NCBI RefSeq assembly: GCF_026571515.1 | Contig: NW_026854825.1 | Location: 62,001 to 126,000, forward strand | DNA length: 64,000 bases | Direction of reading: 5' to 3' | Origin: Ruditapes philippinarum | Taxonomy: Eukaryota | In this document: positions 1-13,322 of the stretch, in pieces | How the letters are laid out: every line of letters starts with the position of its first letter | Numbering within the stretch: position 1 is the first letter of the stretch | Translations under genes and position numbers: made by a program | Notes under the pieces: generated by a model | The model's input: only the letters and a program-made list of their open reading frames with translations | What the model was told of the DNA's origin: nothing | Database searches by the model: none

Positions 1-917
1 AAAACAGAACAAATATTTCAAAAGACAAAGATATTCAATACAGTAAGTACGAGTATATTTAAAGAAAAGTTTTCAAATCGCCTCCTTGATCTGCGTAGAC
101 CAATTCTTCGTGAGGTGTCTATACCTCATATCTTTCCTATTTGATTTCGAGAATTTGTTTATCTATTGACCTCCACTGCATAGCAACGTGTACACATGTA
201 CAATGAAAACAGAGAAAAACAACAGGTATTACTTATATTTATTTCTACAGAAAATGAGGGGAAAAAAAACATTCCAAAAGTACAGACTGAGCAAGTTTAG
301 CATTCCTCTATTATAGTATTAAGTATCTTCACTAAATGTGTTTTATCAATGTGTTGAGATGAAATATGTTATCCCCATTCATAAATATCTGCCTATATAT
401 CTGCCTTTCTTAACTTCACTATCATTTCAACTTCTTTTATTCTTCTTTGTGAGTATACTCCGTTTAAAGGTTAAAACAGTGTTTAAGTTCGATTGAAAAA
501 TATCAGAGGAAAACGATTTTGTACATTATATATATAAACCGACATTATGCCCAGACGAGTGTTGAGATGAAATTCAAAATACCTTTACATTTTGTTATAT
601 TTGTTTTCAATGTCGTCATGAACGTCACCTGAATAAAAAACAACCACTATGAACTACACAAAAATCTAAAAACTTTCTTTCGAATTTATCGGTATTAATG
701 TTTAATTTATAAAAAGAGTGGGACATTCTTTTTATATTAAAGGCTGTTTAAATATTTCATACTAAACATTTGTCATTATCAATTATTGTTCAGTCGCCAT
801 TATAATAGTCAATATTCTCAAATACATAACTAATCTATCTCAGTTTGACAGTGAAAGAATGAGCATGATGTCACTTAAGTGTTATGATATTATAAATGTT
901 GGTATTGATTGAGATTA

Positions 918-1200
918 TCATATATGAAATGTATACATGTATAAACATGGATTGAAAAGAAATGGTAATGATTAAGGTCAAAAGCAACATTACAATAATA
1001 TATTTTTATAAAATGAGATCCTCATCTCGTACATGAAATGTATGTATAATAATGCAACGAAAAAATGTAATGATAAAGGTTCCAAACTTGTATACTTTTT
1101 ATCAAAATGAAATCCTCATATATGAAATGTATGTATAAAATGCAACGACAAAATGTAATGATAAAGGTCAAAAGCAACATTACAAAAATGTGCATGTTAA
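918..1200. repeat. Degenerate local tandem repeat (~3 units of ~90-110 bp) downstream of copy 1
   Basis: Recurring ATGAAATGTAT..TATAA..ATG..GTAATGAT(A/T)AAGGT(CAAAAGCAACATTACAA) blocks near 923, 1033 and 1122. Confidence 0.65.
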
Positions 1201-2080
1201 TAAAATGTAAGAGTAGTTATTTTCATTGCTTAATACTGATAAAATGTTAAAACATTATACATAATATTATATAATATTTTTTCAAGCATTTTATCAGACA
1301 AGGAATCAACCGTTTTGTGATGATAAATGATAAATATTAACGAAACATATTGTTAAAACAATATAACATATATAGCATCCTTTGGCGATAGTAGTGATGC
1401 TTTTTGTCGATTATGTTCACTATTTAAGTTTAATCTAAATACTGTGCATGTGCAAATCACAATACTGCAAATTGTTATATAATATTGTAGTAGTAATAAA
1501 TAGCGTACGTTAAAACAGCGACATTTTTCTAAATGACACACTTCAAACAGCTTTTGCAAATAGTATTGCAGTATGTATAAGAAACTCATCCTATCTGTTA
1601 CAGTAGGTTTTATTGTGAAAAAAAAATCTACTGAAAACTGAAGATTTTGATTCATTTCGATGTCAGATATACAGCATATTCACGAAAAACAAATTATTTT
1701 ATGCTTTACAACTAAATAAAGTATCACAGCTTACTTTAGGAACATGACACCAGACTGATCACGGCTGTGCGAAAGTTTCGAGAAAAAGATAATTTGAAAG
1801 ACATCAGTGATTACAGTTTCAATGAAGTAATAAAGTTTGAATGAAAAAATTATCCGTGAGAAAAAATAAAACAGTTAATTTTTACATACAATCAATTTAG
1901 TCATTATTATTGAAAGGTACACAAAAGCAGCTACGCTCACGCTTGATTTCATTTCGCAGAATAAAACCCAAGGTTTTTCTGATAAGCATACAATTAAAAC
2001 AGTTTATCTACATGATTTCAGAAATGTAACCATAATGTCTGTGTTAATACGATCTTAGTGCGACCACAACAGTATATATT

Positions 2081-5000
2081 TCAGAAATCTAACTTGTGGA
2101 TTTGCTTCAGCATCTGAAAGCCGACGTTCAATTTGAAAGACAAACATTTCAAACTTTCATCACCCTCAATCTTTAAGTCCCCAGCAAACAACATTGACAG
2201 CGCTTTATGCCTAATATCAGTATGAGTCGATTCAATTAAGCAAATAATTGACCCACTATCTCCCCTCTTCGAAAATACCTCATCAGAAGTGCCTCTGTTT
2301 GTGACAGTTGTCCGACTGCTTTCAAGATTTCGGACATAAACTATGGTATTTCTAGGCACAACATTTCCGTGCGCGGTTTCATCAGTGTTAAGACCGCAAC
2401 ATTGCATATCTTCTAGCGCTTTTATATTTGCACCATTCAAATGTATACGGTTATCTTCACGTGCATAAATTGTTACAGTTGGTGTGCATTGATCATTACT
2501 CTCAGCTGTTATGATTGCTGATTCTTGAAAACTAATATCGTCTGGTGTGTTTTCACCATGGTTATATGGCAATCTGACCGTTTTGGCTATTTCTGGCATT
2601 TTTTCGTCAAAGGCATCTCTGTCATTTGACATAATTTGGTCTTCACGATCTGGTAAGGATGATTGGGTTTGAGGCGATGATTGATCATTTATACAAGTAA
2701 TAGGGTCAAACGTTTCCTGAAAGTCAGCTGGAAGGTCAGGTTGAATGTCTATCATAATCAAATAATCTTCAGTTTCCACTTCAAATATACTGTAGTCAAC
2801 TGAAACGATAAATCCTTTAGTGAAACCACTTGCTGCTCCATACTTAAAAGCAGGGATTCCAACAATCATTTTCGGGTACTCGTCAGAAACAGTGGCCATA
2901 GTTATACACTCATTACATTCCTTCAACGTTTGTTTGCATAGCTCTTGTGACTTCGGAATCACTTCCAAAGCAGCAATATCTACATGTTTAAGTTCACTAT
3001 TTTGACGATTTATTACTTTTGGAGAGGAACTGAATGGACATGGGCCATCTTTATCTATGAACGTTTTTTCACCAACGACGTGGGCACATGTTAGACCATG
3101 GACTTTTCCATCCTTTGATATTATAAATCCACCAAGTGTCCCGAATTTCCCTTTATCTCGTTGAAATAGACGATCCCCTGGTTCAAAGGAAAGACCCATT
3201 TCCTTATGTTTCTTTTCAATGTACCTCATTACAAACTGCTCCTTAAAATCATGTTTGTGCATCTGTAAAGATATGTCTGACCTCAATTGTTTTAATTTGT
3301 TTGATAGTTTTTCTTGTGGTAAATCTGCCAGTGATGTGAGATGAATATCGTCAGTTTCAGCGACAATTGCATTGTTTTCATCTTGTTTGACATCATCACT
3401 TTTGCTTACCAAAACTGCATCTTTATCCACATGAATCTCTAGCTGGCCATAAACGGTACCTAGGCCATAAACCCCTTTTAGACTGAAAACAAAATTAATA
3501 AAAGTGCATATTCTGTTTGTCGAATAGTACAGGCAAATGTTTTCTTTCAGACTTATTTTTTATTTGAAAGATTCGGTATGTTGTTACCTCACTTAAGTGA
3601 AATTTTATATATGTATAATATTATGCTTCTAAAACAATTTTCAAACATCGAAGAATATGTAAATTATGTACTGCAAATATTTGTCAATATTATATGTAAT
3701 CATAAAAATATATGCATTCGTTTCTTATTGAAAGATTTGACTTAGACTTTATGGAAAATAAATTTCTAATTACCTCCCTTTATTAACATGAAATGTAAAT
3801 TTCGGTAATATCTATACAAATAATGCTTTTTGGAACTTACAATATTGATAGATTTTCATTTGAGCACATTCTTATGATATAAAACCATAAAAATGTGTTA
3901 CAGGATCTTTAAGGATTTAAATGAAGCTATCAATTATATGCTACGGAAAACATAGGAATGATGATATGATTGACACATGTTTAAACATCTGGTAATGGAG
4001 AAATCACTCAATGAGCAATGAACTTAAATGCCTATTATGCATCAGAAATTCTTTTATTTCTCAAAAGATTCTCATCTTTTGTCCTGTATAGTTTTCAAAC
4101 AGTTACTCATTATCAAATTATCTGAACCATCCTTTGCTTCTGTCTGTTACCTCTTGTTAATTAGTATATTTATAATGATTTAGCGTTTTGCATAGAAGTC
4201 AAAGTACTTCTTTGCTAACATTTTATTTCTTATGTGGCAAATAATTTCACAATCAGCACTACTTCCTTCAAGCGATTAACATATAGCATGTTCTTAATCC
4301 TTTATTTAAACATTATGAAACTCATGTTCGCCCTTTCTAAAGAAGGAAAGATTAATTCATTTCTGAGGCATAATGTGCCTGTTAAGCTAATAAGTAAAAA
4401 GTGAAGTCTCAATTCGATTTATTCTGTTCATCAGAGATAATGAAAAGTGAAGCATCTGTCACGCCCCCCATAGTACCGGTTCAAGTGTTACTCAATCTTC
4501 AACATAATAAAAAGAATCGATGATGCCAAAGAACCAGAAAAAAATATCAAGATTTTAGTTAAGTAAAACTTTATTTATTCCAGAATGCACTAGAAATTAA
4601 TATAGAATGAATGCTTCTCAATGATGGTCCGGGCAACGTCAAAAGTTATATTAAATTGTATGCCTCAGAGATGCGCCTTATAACAAAGATTTTGTGTACT
4701 TATGACTACATTTGTATGCATAGTATATAGTATACAAATGTTCTTAATTAATCTTAAATCTTATAATTTAAGTTTTCTAAGAGTGTTATACTTACTTTAA
4801 TAAATCTTGCCTAAGTTCTTTAGGTATTGATTGCTGTTGCTCAGCAAATGACACTAAATTTGCAACATTTAGTTGTTTCAAATATCCATGAGCTTCAAAC
4901 GCCATTTTTCGAATGATAGTTGATAGCTTTTGCATTGATTGGAGCTTTTTCTCAACATTTGCTGTGACAGGCTCTACGTCTGATTTAAAAGCATAATAAA

Positions 5001-6736
5001 GAAAATCAAACTTTTTTGTCTTTTTTGAGTATACGGTACCATCGAGTAATGCTTCATACACATACTCAACCAATGATCTAATATGATGTTGCGTGTTTTT
5101 TGAGATTGCGTTTGATAGTGCTTCTTCTAATTGCACTTCATACAGTAGACCGTTACAAATCCATACTTGCAGACCATATTTCCTTGCAAAAAGGTTGACA
5201 ACAGAACAGCGAGCCACATGACACAAAGACTTCAGAAGACGATCATATATCTCGGTGCACGCCTTTTCCTTTTCATCTGTATTTATTGTAACTTCAACAT
5301 AAGCTCTTGCATTTCGCAAGAAGTCTTTTAGAGAACAAACAACCGATTCTGTCTCAAACACATGAATAGGTTCCAAACAAACGTCAACGTTTATTGGTTC
5401 AAATCGTTTCAGATGGTAATATATATTAATGAATCCACTAGCAAGATATTTTTCCAGTGTATCAGAAATAGTTGTTTTCAGGTCGCAGGCAATTGGGTTA
5501 ATAAAAATACTATCTTGCTCATTGAAATACTTTTCCAAATCACCATAAAGTGCAGCAAAAACAGAATCTTGAAATCTAGTGATATCTTCATTTGTTAAAA
5601 CTCTGGTCGTAGCACAGCAGATGTACACAAAGATCTTACGCTCTGCCTTTTTGGCATCAAAGGTTAAAGCTTTGAATTTGGATCTTATTTCCTAGAATTA
5701 AACAGAAAAAACAAATCACTTGACTTTACTTTGTTGTGAAAATAATATACTTTGTACATATGCATGATTGTATGAAAATAAGGAACCTTTTACCAAGTTT
5801 AACTACTAAGAAGAATTTTACAATTTTTAATAAAATAATCGTATTCGACAAAATTAAATTGTATCGCTAGATATACCTGAAAGTATCTCTCAGTTAAATG
5901 TTCTAGGTCTATATGAAGTATGACAATTCCAAGTCTATGTACAGGGGAATCTGGTAACTTCGAAACAGGATTGAATACGAGATCATCTTTATCTATGTCC
6001 CTCTTCCCGATCACTGATAGTTTAAGCCCACCTTCGAATTCATGTTTTGTTTGTTCAATTTCTCTCATCAACTTGTCATCATGGAAACATTTTGGTAGGG
6101 CACCTGGATGATACAGAAATACTAGGACTGATATAAACATAATAGGAGAGGGAAGTACCTCGAAAAGTATTAATAAAAACAAACAAACAAACAAACAATA
6201 AATAAATACAATGAAAAAATAGATACATAAATAAGTTGAAAAGTGTGACTTGGTTGGATTAAATATCTTCTTTTTTATTTCTTGGGGTGGGGGTGTATAC
6301 GCCAGAGGTCATATGGAGACTTTACTGGTTGAGGAAGACCTTACATTCTTAAATGAGGGATTTATCTTTATAAATTCATGTACATATGACATATAGGATA
6401 ATATGCTTAAAGTATGATGATCTTTCAACTTGAATGTTGTTATACAAATCATAACATAAAATGTTCAATTATGCATGATTTTAGGAAAAACCATCGTCGG
6501 ATACCCACGGTTGATTTACATGTAACATGACATAACATGTAATCAGTATTAATGGTTAGGCCGTGGATAAAAACTTAAATACGTGTATAATATTGGCCCA
6601 AATTATTCTTACCTGTCACTCTGGTGAATCTTGGTACGAGATCTTTATACCGCCGATGAAAGTGGTATACACGAGGGTACACATCGAAATTACCGAACAC
6701 GTGAACGTACTCCTGTATAGGTATTAAGACACTCAT
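2081..6736 (-). CDS. Array copy 1: pseudo-P-loop/helical domain + NAL1-like trypsin-fold serine protease, 882 aa; complement(join(2081..3482,4796..5691,5877..6103,6613..6736))
   Basis: All introns GT-AG; exon lengths 124+227+896+1402=2649 nt keep one frame (phases 1,0,2). Starts MSVLIPIQEY..YPRVYHFHRRYKD. Last exon begins LKGVYGLGTVYGQLEIHV and carries GTLGG, LTCAHVV (His), VDIAAL (Asp), FKYGAASGFTKG, FSKRGDSGS (Ser). An acceptor at 6761 and a donor near 6985 suggest an upstream non-coding exon. Confidence 0.88.
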
Positions 6737-7659
6737 CTTATGAAACACATTCTTTATCAAACTGAAACATCAAACGAAACATCACGTTTATCGAAATGTT
6801 TGCTTTGATCTAAAAATAAAACAGTAGTGCAGACTTAAAGGTTATACTTCTATTTCAACAATCTTATGTACTGTTTAATCTTGTATCATTTTGAATATTT
6901 AATTAAATGACATTATCTCCTAATTATCATTAATCAGTTAATTTAGTTTTCTATCTAAAAACAATAAAAAATGCAATATCTTACCTCTTTAGAAATCATA
7001 GTTTGGAAATCCCAATATCTATATATAGATCATTCATTTTTTACTGTAAGCGAAAGTCTGGATATTACACCAAAGTACGTTGTGTACACCGGTTTTACTG
7101 TCAATATTTGAGAGACCGGTGTGTATACAATGCACCAAAGTAAACCAATCTGTTAGTTAAATGATTTGTTTAGTTATAGTTTATTTTGTGTCTTTGATTT
7201 AAACATTTTCTTCAATTTAAAATTTAAACTTTTAATGGACATCTTTAGGTAAAATAAACATGTAGTATAATTGCTACATTATAAACCATACAATGTACAT
7301 TTACTATAAATGCTGTTAGGGCCAGGTTATTTAATCGTTCTTACAAAAGAATGATATATAGCCCGTATATTCAGCTGTAAGCGTGCTTAAAGTTTGAACA
7401 TGACAAACAATTCTATTTGATTTATGTATTTATTATAAGTCAGTCTGTTCATAAGAGATAAGAGGAAGTGAAGTATCTCTCACGCCCCTAGCACATATGC
7501 TTCAATTATTGAAAATAAAACATGTTTAAGACGTCATCTTTTGTTGTATCTGTACATTTATGTGCCTATTGTTTGATGAAATAATTTGTAAATGCTGAAT
7601 AAAAAGCGTTTGAAAGAAATATACAAAAAGAGATAACTTACCGGAGAGAAATGTATTTT

Positions 7660-8554
7660 TCATATAATTATATTCACAGGGCATCTCTCGAGTTTGGCTA
7701 TGTTTTCGTATGCTCGTATTTTGGGCTGTATCTTACGATGTTGAATTCCCCCTCTGTTTGTTTTGTTACAACCTCGTGATATTCTAAATATCGGCGATTT
7801 TGACTGTGTTTTGTCCATTTTCACCAACTCTAAGTCAACGATGTTCCTGGCCTGTTCTTCATGCAAAATGCAAGCCGAGCGTGTAAAGTAACGTATCTAG
7901 AAGCATTTGTGGCGTTTCTGTTTCCAGAATGCGTTTATTCCACAGTTCATTCTCATGTTCTTCACTTATAATAGCAGTGTTTCTCCGTTGCATACCAAGC
8001 CCTTGTTTGGATAGCTGCTTCATTTTTGCATCAAAAATACGCCTAAGTCCATCAAAAGCGGCATCATCTAGAAAGTTGATAAATCTACCTTGCTATCGAA
8101 GATGGTGTTGTATGAAGTACCCCAGTGTCTCGTTCAGCACTTCGCTACTCATATTTATGAGATTGTTGTTTGGCACAAAAGAGTCTGTGTTTTTATTTCT
8201 GTTCTTCTGCCATAAGTCAAACATGTTAACTGCCCATTTTGATTTCTTTTCTGTCTTACTAGACAATCCACTTTTGACAAGGTTGTCTAAATCACTTTGT
8301 TTCAGTGGCACTGGAAACCTTGCTGGCTCATTTTGTTCGATGAGCTGAGTTGCTTTCAAAAGTTCTTCGTCCGAAATGTCTGAAAATAGGTCGCTTTTCA
8401 AATCAAACGACGGCTGGAGCTCTGTTCTTTGCTTATTGTCAGCCGATTCTACCATGTCTAATACTTCACTTAAAATAAAATCGGATTCTATAGGGCTCAA
8501 ACATCCGTTTTCTTTAGACTGTGTTATTAAAATACTATCATCTGAAACAGACAT
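7660..8554 (-). mobile_element. Fossil Crypton-type tyrosine-recombinase element (DUF3504/ZMYM-KCTD1-QRICH1-related), with frameshifts and stops
   Basis: ORF 8093..8554 has RF..LDNLV..KTEKKSKWAVNMFDLWQKNRN..LNETLGYFI. Another frame continues FDAKMKQLSKQGLG..IISEEHENELW..PQMLLDTLLYTLGLHFA*RTGQEHR*LR, then KTNRGG..RCPV. These match motifs I recognise from Crypton recombinases. Confidence 0.8.
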
Positions 8555-8816
8555 TATGGCTGCTTATAATTTCTAATCGTTTTTTTTTCTTTCTTTCTTT
8601 TTTAAATTCAGAACAACTTAATGATGGCAACTTTGTGTTACTTATGAATATTGTCACAACATGTGAGAGAATAAACAAATTTCGTCGCTTTGCGCCTCGA
8701 TCTGTTCATTCTCTCACATAATGGACAGTTTTTGGAGTTTCTCCATAACATAAAAATGTATGAATCAATAATTCTGACAAAAAAAAAAAAAAAAAAAAAA
8801 GACGAACAACCCCTCC

Positions 8817-8961
8817 NNNNNNNNNNNNNNNNNNNNNNNNNNNNNNNNNNNNNNNNNNNNNNNNNNNNNNNNNNNNNNNNNNNNNNNNNNNNNNNNNNNN
8901 NNNNNNNNNNNNNNNNNNNNNNNNNNNNNNNNNNNNNNNNNNNNNNNNNNNNNNNNNNNNN
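8817..8961. other. Assembly gap (145 N)
   Basis: Run of N characters. Confidence 1.
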
Positions 8962-9169
8962 ATTTGTGAAAAATGCTATGCTATCGCATTAATATAACAC
9001 TAAATAGTAATGTAGGAACAGATTTTTTGTTTCTTTACAATAAATTATTGAAGATTGCCATAATGCATAGTTCACTGACCAATTTAATTCTTATTATCAG
9101 ATAAGTGGTAAATAAAACATCAGAGTTGGAATCTATATTTATACAGTTGAGTCTAGTGAATTTAGTGGT

Positions 9170-11585
9170 GAAGGTCATATTTAACATGGCCAAAATTCCA
9201 TAACTGTACATTAAAGGACAACACAGTTAGACACTTTGTCAAAATCTAGGCCAGCTGATATCAAAGTTCATTTTACATCTTAATCTGTGCACATGGTTCA
9301 AATTTCATAGCTGCACATAAAAGGACAAGAAAGTAGGTCACATCATCAAAATCTAGGTAACCTGATATCAAATGTTTTATTTTGAAACTAAAACTGTGCA
9401 CATAGTCCTAATTTTATGGCTGCACATCAAACTACAAGAAAGTAGGTCACTTGGGCAAGGCAAAATTTTGACCCAAGGGTTTAATTTAAAAAAATCTTTA
9501 TACAGGTCCACCAAACAACATTTCATGACCTGTGGTTGATATTATAAAGCACACATCAAAGCTCTAAGCCTTAAACCTTCAGACAAGAAGATTTTTTAAC
9601 ATTTTATTATATGTACATGGTGAAAATCAATGACCCCAGGGCTATAATTTAAACAATCTTGGTAAAGGTTCACTACACAAAGTCTCATGCCAAATATCTA
9701 ACCGCAAGCCTTTGTCAATTCAACCAGTTTTTACTATATACATATAAGAAAAACTATCGCCTCTGGGGCAGGGCAAATTAAACACTAGGGGCAAAAATTA
9801 AACCACTTTGGTAGAGGACCCATAGATGATATTATAAAATATCAACGCACTTGTACCTTTCAGACAAGAAGATTTTTTAATGTTTTACTATATGTACAAA
9901 GTGACTGAAAATCAATGACCCCGGAGACGGGCCAATTTTGAACACAGACCTATAATTTGAACAATCTTAGTAGAGATTCACTACACAATGTTTCATGAAA
10001 AATATCTAACCTCTAGCCGCTGTCAATTTCGAGAAGATGATTTTTAATTTCTATATCCCCGAAAGAATTTCGGGCATATTATGTTAAACCCCCTGGCGTC
10101 CGTCCGTCCGTTAGCAATTTGGTTTCCAGAGCATCACTTAAGTTCATTTTAGCCCACAATATTCAAACTTCATAGGATGATTGTCCATATTGGGTAGAAG
10201 ACCCCTATTGATTTTGGGGTCACAAGGTCAAAGGTCAAGGTCACTATTACCTTAAAACTGAAAACAGTTTCTGGAGCATAACTTAAGTTCCATTCGGCCT
10301 ATAATATTTAAACTTCATAGGATGATTGTCCATATTGGGTAGAAGACCTCTGTTGATTTTGGGATCACAAGGTCAAAGGTCAAGATCACTATTACCTTAA
10401 AACTGAAAACACTTTCCGCTCAATTACTTAAGTGTTAATCAACCTATAGCTGTAAAATTTTATAGGATGAACAGCCAAGTCCAATGCATGACCCCTATAG
10501 ATTTTAGGGTCATAAGGTCAAAGGTCAGGGTCACAATGATCTTTACAATGAAAATAGTGGTTTCTGGAGCATAACTTAAGTTCCATTTGGCCCACAGTGT
10601 TCAAACTTCATAGGATGATTGTCAATATTGGGTAGAAGACCCCTATTGATTTTGGGGTCACAAGGTCAAAGGTCAATATCAAATGACCTTAATATTGTTA
10701 ACAGTTTTACAACTGTCAAACTTCATAGGATGATCACTTATATTGAGTACATTAATTATGTGCCCTAAAAATTTTCTTATATTATGTTATACCCCTGGCG
10801 TCTTTCGTCCATCCGTTGTTGCTTTTTTACTTATCAAGATAACAACTTCATGGTGGTGCTTTGGAAACAGCAACTGTATATATATATATATATGAAGGCG
10901 GTAATACTTTATTTAATTCCCATGTCTTACAAATGCTTCATCCTTACGAAAAAAAACACAACAACAGTACACTTTCGGGCATATAATGCTCCGCCTAGAG
11001 GTGCTCCTGTTGACTATATACATATAAGGGAAGCCTATGACCCCCGGGGGCGGGGCTAATTTTGATGCTAGAGACAAAATTTGAACAACATCGGTAGAGT
11101 ACCTATAGATGATATCATATACCAACTATCAAAGCTCTAAGCCGTGTACATTCAGACAAGAAGGTATTTTATGGTTTTACTATATGTAAATATTGTGAAA
11201 ATCCATGACCCCCGGGGCGGGGCGAGTTTTGACCCAAAGGCTATCATTGAACAATCTTGGTAGAGGTCTACCAGACAAGGTCTGAATGCAAAATATCTAT
11301 GTTACAGGCCTTGTGGGTCTTTAAAAGAAGATCTTTAATATTTAAACTTATTATTTCTTTTGGTTGCCATGGCAACCAGATTTCTGCATGGATTAAATTC
11401 TTTGAACAACTCTGGAAGCCCTTTACCCAAGTATCAATCCTGCAAAGTTTGGTTGAAATTGGACAAGTGGTTTTACACAAGAATTTTTTTTACGTTCACT
11501 ATATTATCTATATCACACACACACGCACGCACGCAGACGAATCGCTATATACCCCGAATCGCAGATGCTGCGGTGGCATAAAACA
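9170..11585 (+). mobile_element. Non-autonomous Helentron/HINE-like element with ~165 bp satellite-like central units, interrupted by a nested element
   Basis: Repeated GGGGCGGGGC..AATTTTGACCC..ATTTGAACAATCTTGGTAGAGG..CAGACAAGAAGATTTTT units at ~9460-10050 and ~11030-11340. Ends in an (ACGC)n microsatellite, short hairpin and ATAAA. Boundaries approximate. Confidence 0.65.
10052..10810 (-). mobile_element. Nested HINE-like element with ~146 bp tandem units (CACAAGGTCAAAGGTCAAGGTCAC)
   Basis: End with CCCGAAA..TTTCGGG hairpin followed by (CGTC)n; TCATAGGATGA..GACCCCTATTGATTTTGGGGTCACAAGGTCAAAGGTCAA units near 10167, 10312, 10460 and 10605. Confidence 0.7.
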
Positions 11586-12693
11586 ACAACAAAAAACAAT
11601 AACAAAAAAAAAATAACCATAGGCTTAAGTTTAACGTTTTGATTAAGAAATGGCCAGTCTTTAAAAACAAATGCCGAAAAGCCTTGAGAATAAATTAATT
11701 ATTTACTGCATCCCTTCCGTCTTTTACATTTTTTTTGAGGATTCTCATTTAATGGTGCATTCTTTATGAAAAAAAAGGTGCGTAGTTTTAAAAAAGCATT
11801 TAACTGAATATCATCTTTTTACATTGGTATTCTAGAATGGGAACATTGTTCTCTTGTCCGCTGTCGTTTTAAACCGTCTTGTATCGTATAAACGTATAAC
11901 TGCAAGAACCACACATGACTCTCAGAAAAGTTGACAGCATATGAGTGTTTGGTAATTATGATGCTCATTTATTGGAGTCATCGCCCCTGATTAAGACGGA
12001 CATGTTTATTGTTACCAATTTAGATGATGAAGACGCCAACAACCGTTCATAACGAAAAAAAAATCATAACTACAGTATCCGTGTGTATGAAAATCCCGAT
12101 GACCATTGTCAATTACAGATTCAAACTTGCATTATCATAATAAACATTTACATAAGTCTCAATATTAAAAAATCTTATCATCACATCTTAATGAGAAAGA
12201 ATATAACAGACTGCTTAAAATATTCAGATTATATTTATTTGTATCAAATATATGTTTTCATATCCATTTCTATAATAAAGAAGAGATAATAACATGTGAT
12301 ATTTGTGTATATTAAAATTTTATGCACTCCATATCGTTTGTTTTGTATGTGGCGTGTGTATTATTTTGTGAATAAGGTACTATGTTTCAACTTTTATCAA
12401 AAGTACCTTTATTTTGCGTGCTTGCTTTTAAAAAAGGAAGCCAGTATTAAGTTACTAAGAAGGTTCACCTTTTAAACAGATATAGTGATTAAGACAACAT
12501 AAAAAAATTGCACGGAAAGTTTTACTTTTAGTATCAAACAAAAAACGTTACTTGAATGTGAATCAGTTGAACAGAAAGGAAATTGTTGATAACGAAACAG
12601 TTTAATAACATCAGTGGAGTCCCATTAAATTAAAGATAAACAGTGCTTGACTTGCATTTATAATGGTTACTGTGCTACAAAGCAAAACAAAAA

Positions 12694-12731
<38 letters not shown>

Positions 12732-12773
12732 AACGAACCCCCCCCCCCCCCCACACAAAAAAAACCCAAAAAG

Positions 12774-13161
12774 AAATGAGAATGTATCGACAGGATACGA
12801 CTTTATACAAACTAAATGTATGCATGGAAGAACTCGTCTCTAAAGCCATTCAATCATGATATTGGACATGTCATGCAATCTATTACATGCGGAAATTATT
12901 GGTTAAAAGTACATCAGTAGTAGCATTAACTTAATGAGATAAAAATAATGATATGAAATTTAGTGAAATGAGAATGTATCGACAGGATACGACTTTATAC
13001 AAACTAAATGTATGCATGGAAGAACTCCTCTCTAAAGTCATTCAATAATGATATTGTAAATGTCATACAATCTATCAATTTCATGCGGAAATTATTGGTT
13101 AAAAGTACATCAGCAGTAGCATTAATTTAATGAGATAAAAATAATGATATGAAATTTTAGT
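12774..13161. repeat. Direct tandem duplication of ~190 bp in the 3' flank of copy 2
   Basis: GAAATGAGAATGTATCGACAGGATACGACTTTATAC... occurs at 12774 and 12965 with few differences. Confidence 0.9.
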
Positions 13162-13322
13162 GCTGAGTAAAGTATTTACCATATGAAAACATTAATGTCA
13201 TGCTTATATGGTTTGAACAAATAAAAGAATCCGGTTAGTTGATATCCAAAACGATACTATGGCATAAGAGTTCACATAAAAGGCAGCAGCGTTTCTGTAA
13301 AAGATAATTTTATATTTTACAA

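Noticed and set aside
5950-6030. Active GTPase/ATPase
   Set aside because: The GKS/T consensus is broken in all five copies and no DxxG motif is visible; at most a pseudo-nucleotide-binding fold.
7011-7030. TATA box for copy 1 (ATCTATATATAGAT)
   Set aside because: It would imply a first exon of only ~10 nt before the 6985 donor, and such motifs are common in AT-rich DNA; unsupported without TSS data.
12647-12859. Lys-rich/Phe-rich ORFs
   Set aside because: Produced by poly-A and poly-C homopolymer tracts.
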